A stretch of DNA of 64,000 nt. Origin: Octopus vulgaris (taxonomy: Eukaryota). Position numbers and translations under genes: made by a program. The stretch lies in the NCBI GenBank assembly GCA_951406725.2, contig OX597817.1, positions 6,510,001-6,574,000 of the forward strand. Direction: 5' to 3'. The notes under the pieces were generated by a model, which worked only from the letters and a program-made list of their open reading frames with translations, was not told the DNA's origin and made no database searches. Positions within the stretch are counted from its first letter, which is position 1. Every line of letters begins with the position of its first letter. Below, in pieces: positions 53,098-64,000 of this stretch.

Positions 53098-55749
53098 CTC
53101 TGATGATATCCACGTGAAAAATGTTCATACATATTGAAATGTTGCTAGTCTATCACTGCAGCAATTACAATGACGATATTAAGATTTCAGTTGATGGCTC
53201 TATGATTACGTAAAACGATTAGGCCAAGGCGTAAATAAGAAGGTATTATGAGTGGAGACAGGAGAAGAACGTAATTCAACCGGAATGTTTAGGTGGATTT
53301 TGTAATTAACAGTCAACTCGAGGCAGCAGAAGCCAATCCAATTTCTCTAGGGAAAGCTAGTTAAACATATTGCTGTTTGTGTTCTAGAGGTTCATGTGTC
53401 ATGGGAAGTAGAGTAGATTTCTTTTGGATGTGTTTTATGATGTTTGTATATAGTAACACCACCGTCACAGATGTCTGTATGCCATTCTGTGTATCACTAC
53501 ATTATTTCTGGCTCGTGAGAGCAATATTTGTGAAGGCATGTCTTTGAGAAACAACTTTTGCACTGATATGAATGTCATTTAAACCGAACATTCGAGATTA
53601 CTTTCCGTAACTTTATGGGATAATGTCAATGATTATTGGGCTCTGCACTATAATACCATTTCTTTGATATCTGCAGTGATGTTCTTTTCATGCTGTTGAA
53701 GGAAAAACAAAATACGAATGTTCTTATTCAAATGTAATTTGTCCATCTCTTTTCATGAGAATAGTGCAAGTTTGTCGTATGTAGATGGCCCCAGCCTAAC
53801 GAAACTGAAAAAAGACCGAAGAGTTATAAAATTTACAATTCTATAAAATAGAATGTGTAGTATCGGAGATGATGGTCAGTAAATCCTTAGTGTAGAGTGA
53901 ACAAAACTGAAACCTGGAGCACTATCGTCGACAGAGAGTGTGTTTTAGAATTTCTTCAAAACACACGATGTCAGTGTGATCTGACAAGAAGCTTCCAATG
54001 CAAGAGGGAAGACATAAATGGATCGCATGGAGAGACAACTTCACTAAACTTTTCTTATGTCAAATAATATTAAATGCTTTAGTGATATAAAGTGGAAAAC
54101 CATTGATCTCTCGATTGAATGGTGAGTAATGTCATGAGAGACTCCTCGAGGAATAGGTGGGTAATAAGGCGCATTTTTCGCCGTCATTTCAACACTTTAT
54201 TCGAATAATCTTAGTGTGCATCTTTAGGATGTATGAAGTTATCTCAATGCCTGCAGCAAATTCCTTGCCAATGGGAGATCTGACGAGTGCATACAGTTGA
54301 ATTTTGCTATATTTATTTGCTTCCTCCATGAGTAGAACTTCATTTTATATTTTCCCAAATTTGCTTATTTCATACTATTGTATCAGTGACATGAGGTTGA
54401 GTGGAAATATTTGATATCGAAAATGATTACTGAATGGCAAGCATCCGTAGCTTTACAGAAATATCACTTATATTAAAAACCAACCATATCGTAACAGGTA
54501 CTAAAATAAAACATTCCATATCACGTTGAAGTAAATCGGCAATGTTTTTTACATTAATAATTCCACGTTACGCAATATTTTCAGGAACAAACTTGTCCTT
54601 AATGCGGGGGATGCCTGTATTAAAACTGAACACAGAAGATCTCGTCTAGAAAAGAATATTAATTCTGGAATAACCTGCGAGGGCATCAGTTTATTCAACA
54701 TTGGTATACTGAAAATTTGTATAAGTTAAATGTGTCCGATATGAATAGTAGTAAAAATTGATGATATCCCTATGGGTCTTAAAACGCGCTTCATAACATA
54801 TTCTTCCAACTATCAAACCATACTAACACATGCATTTTACCAATATTTTAAACATTTGCTAAGTAAATATTGGAGCAGAAAAATGAAATTCGATTAAAGT
54901 CGCCTATATATAATATAAATGCTTCTTTATGGAAATAGCATCAGTAAATACTGTTGAGATATTCTCTCTCTCTCTCACACAACGTTTGATAGCCAAACGT
55001 TTATAACCGTTCTTAAATATCGACTTACAATTCCATGCATGTTTTTCAATAGAGTGAAAGAGAAAATGGGTAGTTGGAACACCATAAAAGCAATAGATCA
55101 TAATAAGAGAAACGTTTTAAATTCTTCAGCTGTTACAAAATCACTTCTATATTAACTGGAAGATAGTTGAATTCGTAACACCAAGAGAGAACAAAAAAAT
55201 ATACAATATTAAGATCTCTTGGAATGCACCTCTCCGTCATATTGTACATGAAGAAAATAGAAAATATGGCTGGACTCATATATTGAACATTTTGACAGTA
55301 TTATGAGATACGAGAAGATTTAAGACTTCTCGTATCAAGATTTCATAGTTACAAAACATCTCCTAATCACTGCATTAATTCCAACAGTTGAAAACATGTC
55401 TCTAATTAAAGATGCCGTCAACTAACGTCATATAAATATTTTCATATAGATTTAGCAACAAGTGTACTGGTGAAAGAAAATAGAAAATCGTCTCCATGAC
55501 TAAAAGTGCGTCTAAAAATAAGAATGGTTTCTGGCATAGGCACGATGCCAACGATTTTGACAGAAGAGGGTATGTAGATTGTATCAATTCAATTTCGGTA
55601 TTTGGCTGATGTTCCTATCTTATCAACCCAAGAAGAACAAAAAAGCAAAAAGGTCTTCATGGGTTTTTAAACTGAGAACGCAAACGCCAGAACAAATGAC
55701 TCAAAGCACATTTCTAATTCTGCCAGATCACCACCTCACAGCTGTTGCC

Positions 55750-56049
55750 TCTTCTTCTTCTTCTTCTTCTTCTTCTTCTTCTTCTTCTTCTTCTTCTTCT
55801 TCTGCTTCTTCTTCTTCTTCTTCTTCTTATTCTTCTTCTTCTTCTATCTTCTTCTTCATCTTCTTCTTCTTCTTCTATCTTCTCCTTCTTCTTCTTCTTC
55901 TTCTTCTTCTTCTTCTTCTATCTTCTCCTTCTTCTTCTTCTTCTTCTATCTTCTTCTTCATCTTCTTCTTCTTCTTCTTCTTCTATCTTCTTCTTCTTCT
56001 TCTTCTTCTTCTTCTTCTTCTTCTTCTTCTTCTTCTTCTTCTTCTTCTT

Positions 56050-56092
<43 letters not shown>

Positions 56093-56197
56093 ATGATTAG
56101 AAGAAGAAGAAGAAGAAGAAGAAGAAGAAGAAGAAGAAGAAGAAGAAGCAGAAGAAGAAGAAGAAGAAGAAGAACAACAACAACAACAACAACAACA
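55750..56197. repeat. Compound (TTC)n-(TAC)n-(AAG)n-(AAC)n microsatellite
   Basis: Direct reading. Confidence 0.97.
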
Positions 56198-56509
56198 AGT
56201 CTAGTAGTATCTGTTGTTGTTGTTCAATAGCGGTATGTTAAATTTTATTTCTGGTTATGGTGTATTGAGGTTGGAGGACAAGATCTCTCATACCCATAGT
56301 GATACTTCGGATACTTGCAGAATACAAAATGTCGCTTTTCTGCTGAGGGACAATATGTATCTCAGTTCCAATATATTTCAGCCGCTTACAGAGCTTACAG
56401 AGCGCATTCTTTACCGCGCGAAGGGTTTTTATATTTATGTTTTTATAGTCTCTTCATCTCTCAGGCTAAATCCTGACATTTCTTAATTTGCTTGATATGT
56501 AGTTAACTA

Positions 56510-56810
56510 TTATAAGAAATGCAAATATATGGGAAACTACCACCTGTGTCATCTCTTGTGAAAGGTAAGAGAGTCCAGTTTGCTGGACATTGTTGTAGAG
56601 CTGAAAAAGAGGTAATTTCTACTCTTCTCCGCTGGAAGCCATCTACTCGCAATACCAGAGGGCGCACACTCTCCTACCTTGATGTAATCTCCAGGGATAC
56701 AGCTATCCAGCAACAGGACCTCCGTAATGCCATGATGGACCGTGAAGTCTGGCGTAGCATGGTAAATTCCATTGTCTCGACCACGGTCGAACAATAATGA
56801 AGATGATTAT
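56510..56810 (+). mobile_element. RTE-like LINE 3' end
   Basis: IYGKLPPVS...QFAGHCCRA...LLRWKP...RGR...MMDREVWR stop, then a (TGA)n-like tail. Confidence 0.8.
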
Positions 56811-57612
56811 AAGAAAAATATGTTATTGCAAAGTTTATGCTCTTTGGCGTTGCTTTTTTTTTCATTGTCGCATTGAATAAATATAAACTCTCTGCGGATA
56901 TATCACGTAAAATCATTTCTTTAACCATCGACATCACAGCGTCGGGCTTCTACAACTTTTCATCGGTTCCAAATTTGGCTAACAACACAAGCCATGTTTG
57001 CTTTAAACTCCATTGTTCTAAATTATTGCATTCGCTGATGTGGTGGTTAATACTACAGTCCTTTACCCCCACATATTCTCTTTTCACTCAGTTACTGATT
57101 TCTATCAATCTTTGTATTTATCAATTACTTATCGTTTGCTTTCAAGTTGATACGACCAACGATTTCGGTTCTTGTTTCGGGTTCTCTCATATTCACAGTC
57201 GTACTTCTTTCAAAATACTCGGTGTGTTTCAAGTCTTCTTCAAATTCCAGTCATATGTCAAGTCGTATTTAGTGACAGTTCCTGAATTCTACAGTAACTT
57301 CTTCATTATAAATTGATGGTTTGTTGCCAATTTAATGTGGCAGTCCCAGAAAGGGGAAGAATACTACTGCTCTGGGACTGCCACATTAAGTTGGCAACAA
57401 ACCATCACTTTGTCGTGCTGCTACTGCATAACTCTCTCTGAGAAATTTAGAAATGCAATATTTACATTATTTACATTCTTTACATTCGACGGACATTTGT
57501 CCTCATCTTGTTTGTTGTTAACACAACATTTCGGTTGATATACCCTCCAGCCTCCTTCAGGTGTCTTGGGTAAATATCGAACCTGGGTTCTCATTCATAA
57601 GGTATTCTTCGA

Positions 57613-57697
<85 letters not shown>

Positions 57698-57702
57698 GTT
57701 CA

Positions 57703-57775
57703 GGTCACTGCTTGGAATCGAACTCGGAATCTTGGGGCTAGTAGCCCGCACTCTTAACCACTAGGCCATATGCCC
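57703..57775 (-). promoter_or_regulatory. tRNA-derived type 2 Pol III promoter (A and B boxes)
   Basis: A box TGGCCTAGTGG (57758-57768), B box GAGTTCGATTCC (57714-57725); acceptor stem imperfect, so not called a tRNA gene. Confidence 0.8.
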
Positions 57776-57796
57776 GTGAACAACAACAACAACAAC

Positions 57797-57881
<85 letters not shown>

Positions 57882-57928
57882 TCGAAGAATACCTTAGGAA
57901 TGAGAACCCAGGCTCGAAATTTACCCAA

Positions 57929-57974
57929 GACACCTGAAAAAGGCTGGAGGGTATATCAGCCGAAACGTTTTGTT
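57929..57974 (+). ncRNA. Minimal hammerhead-like motif (inverted twin at 57520-57565)
   Basis: Two-copy consensus gacac-CTGAAGA-a ggctg gagggtatat cagcc-GAAA-cg-TT-gtgtt; each copy carries different lesions. Confidence 0.65.
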
Positions 57975-58299
57975 AACAACAAACAAGATGAGGACAAATA
58001 TCCGTCGAATGTAAAGAATGTAAATTATGTAAATAATGTACATAATTCCTCATCTCTTAAATATAGAACTGTATTAGAAATGCAATATTTCTAATTTACT
58101 GAACATAGCTGACCACAAATACTTCTCTACTCATCAGGCTGTGCTTCAGACTCAAATTTCAGCACCAATGACGTATTTTGCATTTAACAAACCCTTGCCT
58201 CCTATTTCCTTGGTAAGTAGAGGCTATCCGTATTATTTTTAGGGAGGCGTGAGTTATTTTTAGCATTATCCTTATTATCATACGCTGCATCAGCGGCAA

Positions 58300-58314
58300 C
58301 TGCAGCAGCAGAAG

Positions 58315-58412
<98 letters not shown>
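58300..58412. repeat. (CAG)n(TAG)n trinucleotide repeat
   Basis: Direct reading. Confidence 0.95.
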
Positions 58413-59159
58413 TCACGTAAATGTTATTGCTAAGGAACAGAACATTATGAATTTATAAATGTAAAGCGCATATGTCACATTTGGAAATTTCCCACTAGCC
58501 CAGGATTATTAATCTCGATATTGTTATACTTAAATACATTTCTTAGTTTGGAAGGTAGGCGTTCAATGCGTGTGCTGTTGAATGACTAAAATTTAGTATG
58601 GAAGCGAAGTCACAGAAAGCGTTTGACCTGAGAGGCTCCATTCTAGCGCTTGTCAAAATTTCACCATTTATCAACGCAAGCTAATACTTCAAAGATATCA
58701 CGAAACAAAACTCAACAGATATCAAAAAAAAAATCGAGCACAAAAGAGAATCATTGATTAATGAATGGTTTTGAACATATTCAATGCGACTAAGTGTTGG
58801 TAGCAAAAAAAAAACATAATAATAGTAAATAATTGTCTACAATAATGTTGAGTGGCCAAATTCGGATTGAAATGTAGTCATTTTTCAATAGTCACATGGA
58901 TATATACTTTAGCCTACACTTCAGTCAATGCTGTCCACGTTTTGAAGCAGATGGACATTCCTCTTCTAGGACAGAGTAACGGTTTTCTTTTAGTTTAGTA
59001 GCTGAATGTACGTGCATGTCGTCGCGCTGTTGTCAGAATACACAGAGCTTGATCGGATACGTCAAGCTCTACCGCTCAACACACTAGCTGCACCTCCTGG
59101 ATATATACTCTATAAACACACACATATCTATATCTATCTATATACATACATATATATAT

Positions 59160-59195
<36 letters not shown>

Positions 59196-59202
59196 GATAG
59201 AG

Positions 59203-59236
<34 letters not shown>

Positions 59237-59582
59237 ATAAATAGATAGAGCGATAGATAGATTGATAGATAGTTGCGTGAATACATGCGCACGCGCACAC
59301 AGACATATTTGATATGTATGCATGTATAATTTTATGTAAGCATGCAATCCCCAAAGTATTGAATTACCTTCGATTTGTTCAGTTAAACCAATGTCCTGTT
59401 GTATGAAGTCACATAGGAAGCAAGAAAAATATCAACCCAGTTGCTTGAGTGGAAATATTAGCTTGGAATCCCCAACAAATTTCGGTACAGTGCAGCTGAA
59501 GAAACAATTAGCTCTTGTCTTGATATGTTTTTTCCCCGTAAGAAACATCTAAATGAGCATGTGTGTATGTGTGAGTGTGTCT

Positions 59583-59639
<57 letters not shown>

Positions 59640-59809
59640 TGTGTGTGTGAGTGAGTGTGTGTGTACTTGTACAAGTGCGTTCGTGTATGCGTGTACGTTA
59701 ATGAAATTCTATTTCGAAAGCGCACTATCATTAGATAGGTAACTCCATAGTATGGATTTATTTTGTTGGACATACCTCGTGTTAGTTTCATCACCCATAC
59801 TCTTCTGCG

Positions 59810-62108
59810 TTGGCTACAAAGTGCTTATATATGAACTGAAGGAATTTTTCTCTATTTTATATTTATTTGGGTTTGATGCGAAAGGTGGAGACACAACACA
59901 GTGTGCTGTATCCTCTAGATTTATGTTGGGAATTAGGAGGTATTGGTGTGTAACTAATCATAACTGTGAAGCTGCTACTTGCTGAACCACACTTGAAATA
60001 ATGTGCCACACGATATATTTTTATATGTTGCTCTATAAACAAACAATAGTGACATGATATATAATATAATTTCAATGCTTAACATCTCTATATAGTTTAT
60101 CAAAAAATTACCTTGATATTTTAACCTATCAGTTGAGTTCAATAACAAGATTAGAAACGTATGTTATTGCATTGAATAAAGTTGATAATCAGATACAAAA
60201 AGCAGTCTACTGTAATATCTAACAGAAACGTTTATATATCAAATAACTTTCACGTCAGATTTCTCAAGTCTTAATTAGGCGTATTATATTTGAGTTCCAT
60301 TAATTTATCGGTTCAGGGATGCATTCTGGTGCAGAGGACAGAAGGTATTTAAAATAAATTCAGGGTACTGGTGCCGGTGCTCACCATTTTAAAATAGCAG
60401 ATGGAAGATCATAATAGAAAAAGTAATCCAAGTTGCACGAAATCGAGTTATTGGTTAGAACGTGGTTTCCGAAAGCTGAAAGAGGTTAATAGTTTTGGGG
60501 GTTTAGGGCAACGAGCTGGCAGAAACGTTAGCACGCCGGGCGAAATGCTTAGCGGTATTTCGTCTGCCGTTACGTTGTGAGTTCAAATTCCGCCGAGGTC
60601 GACTTTGCCTTTCATCATTTCAGGGTCGATAAATTAAGTACCAGTTACGCACTGGGGTCGATGTAACCGACTTAATACCTATGTCTGACCTTGTTTGTCC
60701 CTTCTATATTGAGCCCCTTGTGGGTAATAAAGAAATAGGTATTTCGTCTGCCGCTACGTTCTGAGTTCAAATTCCGCCGAGGTCGACTTTGCCTTTCATC
60801 CTTTCGGGGTCGATAAATTAAGTACCAGTTACGCAATGGAGTCGATATAATCTACTTAACCCCTTTGTATTTCCTTGTTTGTCCCCTCTATGTTTAGCCC
60901 CTTGTGGGCAATAAAGAAATATAATAGTCTTGGGGGTTTCCTTCTCCAAGATTGATTGCTTTCACTGCTGCTAAAGAGCACAGTCTGCCCTTATAAAAAA
61001 CTCTTTTAACTCACAGTTGGGATACTAACAAGCACTACTGTTCCAGGTGAGAACAAATCCGGGAGAAAGAGTAACAAATAGGTACCTCCACGGTCTGCAC
61101 AATGCCAGAATTTTCGAAATAATGCTGCAACATCAGATGCAGTTTAATATCATAACTAGGACGCATGAATAATTTCTACGAAAAAGCTCCTTATTTCACT
61201 ACTGTTGTTAAATATTGTACTTTAGAAATTAGAAAACTAACAGGATAATATTATTCATATTAAGTATAGGTGTAATAGAATATACTTCATTCTTGATTTT
61301 TTTATACACAACAGTGAAGGTATGTAAAAGGAAAAATAACCGCAAGTGAAATTCTTAATTCTTTTACCTCTGGCGATATTTATTTCAGTAACATGCAACA
61401 ATTTCACCATCTCATACACCTCACTAATTGCGCATTTTGTGGTTTTTGTTTTGTTATTGAAGTCAGCTTTCGGAAATTACGTTCTAATCATGACTATCTT
61501 GCATTTGTACTATTTGGATTACTCTTTTTATTATGATCTTCTGTCCTTATAACTATGATTTAGGGGGAAATTGCTATTTTAACACACCGAACGCCAGCAC
61601 CACTGCTACAAAATGTATCGCATCATTTTAATCACCTTCTGTGCTCTGCTCTGAAATTTATCTCTGAACCGACAAATTTATGAACCTCAAATATGATATA
61701 CCTAATTTAGACTTCACACATTTGACACCAAAGCTTTTAGATTTTTGGTGCACATATTTAAACTTTTCTGTGAGACATCACAGTGGACTGCTTTCTTATC
61801 TATTTACCATCTGTACTGACTGCAATAATATACGTTTCGAATCTTGATACTCAACTGATTAACTCGTTGGTTCAAACATCAAGGTAAACTTTCTCTTTGG
61901 TTAAATAGGAATAGTAAAATAATGTTTTAACAAGTAGCGGCGTCGCATTTATGATTAGTTACATACCGATACCTCTTAATTCCCACCACAAATCTAGGGT
62001 ACATAACACGCTGTTTTTTCTTTTACTGCACCTTTTGCATTAAACGCAAATAAGTATAAAAGAGAGAAAAATTCCTCCAACTGATGTTACAAACATTTTT
62101 CTAACCAA
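59810..62108. repeat. Diverged inverted repeat pair of about 180 bp (59810-59988 / 61925-62108)
   Basis: ggaatttttctct.ttttata.ttattt...ctagattt..g.tgggaatta.gaggtat.ggt.tgtaactaatcataa occurs on both strands. Confidence 0.8.
60505..60921 (+). mobile_element. SINE family D tandem dimer within one 18-bp TSD
   Basis: Full copy 60505-60737 plus head-truncated copy 60738-60921; TSD taatagt[t/c]ttgggggttt at 60487-60504 and 60922-60939. Confidence 0.92.
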
Positions 62109-62633
62109 AATAGTTACAGGACCATATTTAATCAATGAACTCAAAGTGGCCTATAGTGACAAATGTAAATTTAGATATATAATAACAAGCAAACCATCTA
62201 TATTAAAGGATGCAGGGAAGTATTATGTCCTCTCAACCTGAACGTCTTTGTAACAATAAAGGATCGGGGACAGCTCCAATGTAACATGGACAGTAAATTA
62301 AAAAAATATACACTGGAATGACTGACAGAAATTTTATTTACAATTTCGAGACATATTTCCTTTTATAGTAATAAAGAAAAGATTATGTCTATAGCTGTGT
62401 TGAAATGTCTGCAGAAAATCAAGGCAAAGAACATAGACATCATCAAATGGAAGGTTCCAGAACGAACAAACCCGAATATGAATATGACAAGACCATCTCA
62501 CTTGTACATTGGCTGGAAACTACAGGACAACACTTCAGTAAGTGCACGTTTTCTCTTTACGTAGACAATAAGTATATGTCACTACAATAGCGAACACTCT
62601 CTCCCTCTATCACTTTGTCTTTTTCTCTCGCAA

Positions 62634-62685
<52 letters not shown>

Positions 62686-62810
62686 CTCATTCTTTTACTT
62701 CTGTGAAACCATCTCGGTTTGCCCTGTTTATACTCACGTTTGCATGCACGACGTGAAAAAGAATATTGTGGTTTGGTTGTGTGGATGAGCGTGAAGTGTG
62801 ATACTGATAA

Positions 62811-64000
62811 TACGAGGGGCGTTCAATAAGTAATGCCTCTGACCCACTTGCATTTGTTTGATCTAGCTGAAATTTTGCATGTTCAATTATTGATATCTCT
62901 ATAGATTAAGTGGCAAATTACAGCTCCGAACTAATTGTGGTTTCTGATTTACAGGTGTTTGAAATGAGTCATGTGGGAAATGGAGCATGTTGAGTGTCGA
63001 GCAATGATCCGGTTTTTGTATTTGAAATGACGCACACCACAGGAGACTTTTAATGAAATGAAAGTAACTTATGGTGATGATGCCCCATCATATGACCTTG
63101 TAAAACGCTGGCATCGTGAATTCAAACATGGTCGGAACTCTGTGGAAACAGCTCCCAGATCTGGTCGCACCCCTTCTGCCAGTGATGAGGCATCTGTCCG
63201 TCAAGTTGAGGCTGCCATTTTGGAAGATCGACGCATAACTATTCGCCAAATAGCCCATGAGGTCAAGATTAGTACCGGGTCTGTGGAAACTATCATTCAT
63301 GACCATTTGCATATGCAAAAGGTGTCTGCCAGATGGATTTCCAGGTTGCTCACACTTTTCCAGAAGCAAGAACGCAAGAATTCCAGAAGCAAGAATTTAG
63401 GGATGTGCCAAGAAGATGAGTCAAACTTTTTCAAAAGACTGATTACACAGGATGAGACCTGGGTCCATCACTATGATCCATAGACCAAAGCCCAGTCAAT
63501 GCAGTGGAAGCACCATGACTCACCTCCTCCAAAGAAGGCAAGGGTGCAGCCCTCCGTTGGCAAGGTCATGCTTACAGTCTTCTGGGACCAGGACGGAGTA
63601 GTGATGACAGATTTCCTGGCAAAGGGTACCACAATAACAGGAGCCTATCATGTTTCACTTTTGAGGAAATTAAGAGAAACTATCGAAACCAAGAGGCGGG
63701 GCAAGATCAGCAAAGGCATCCTCCTCCTGCAGGACAACGCTCCGGTCCACAACTCGCGTGTCGCCAGATCAGAAGCACAGGCGTGCGGCTATGAACTCTT
63801 CCCCCATCCCCCTACTCTCCTGACCTTGCACCCTCTGATTTTCACCTCTTCCCAGCCATGAAGTTGTTTTTGAAAGGAAAGCGTTTCCCAGATGATGCAG
63901 CCTTGATTTCTGAAGTCACGTCGTGGTTAGAGGACCAAGCTGGGGTCTTCTACGGAAACGGTCTCCAGAACTGCATCAAACGATGGGAGAAATGCGTACC
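62811..64000 (+). mobile_element. Mariner transposon, running off the window end
   Basis: TA plus cgaggggcgttcaataagtaatgc TIR-like start, followed by the transposase. Confidence 0.92.
62980..64000 (+). pseudogene. Mariner DD34D-type transposase pseudogene
   Basis: ATG at 62980; stops at 63028 and 63481; WISRLL, ITQDETWVHHYDP, LLQDNAPVH; YSPDLAPSD is reached only after a frameshift near 63805. Confidence 0.92.

Larger units (their letters stand above)
57447..58090 (-). mobile_element. TSD-flanked element: tRNA-like Pol III head between inverted HHR-bearing arms
   Basis: 17-bp direct repeat ttagaaatgcaatattt (57447-57463, 58074-58090); inverted arms at about 57461-57698 and 57781-58033; tRNA-like segment 57703-57775 on the minus strand. 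Confidence 0.85.

Noticed and set aside
57703-57775. Functional tRNA gene (also the heads at 2556, 31615 and 42868)
   Set aside because: Acceptor and anticodon stems are imperfect and each is embedded in a repeat; treated as SINE-type heads.

Overview
AT-rich, microsatellite-dense eukaryotic DNA. The SINE/LINE repertoire looks like an octopod cephalopod genome; that is my inference from recognising repeat families, not a search result. I found no convincing host protein-coding gene, so the window is probably intergenic or intronic, and almost all ORF-track entries are translations of (TA)n, (CA)n, (TATC)n or trinucleotide repeats. Supported content: a near-intact CR1-group LINE (39.45-42.86 kb); a young 5'-truncated Penelope-like element (PLE; RT plus GIY-YIG) with inverted pLTRs (43.36-45.87 kb); further PLE, R4/Dong, Tx1-like, RTE-like and CR1-like fragments; four or five mariner relics; one non-autonomous Helitron; and about 14 tRNA-derived SINE copies from four families. 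The most interesting unannotated layer is about a dozen minimal type I hammerhead-ribozyme (HHR) motifs in PLE-type pLTR and inverted-repeat structures. They show covariation of the 3-8 core pair (C-G, U-A, G-C), and one has an expanded stem II. A TSD-flanked element fuses a tRNA-type Pol III head to an HHR (57.45-58.09 kb). There is also a candidate -1 frameshift site (G_GGA_AAC) at the LINE ORF1/ORF2 junction. All structures were read by eye; coordinates of decayed elements are approximate.
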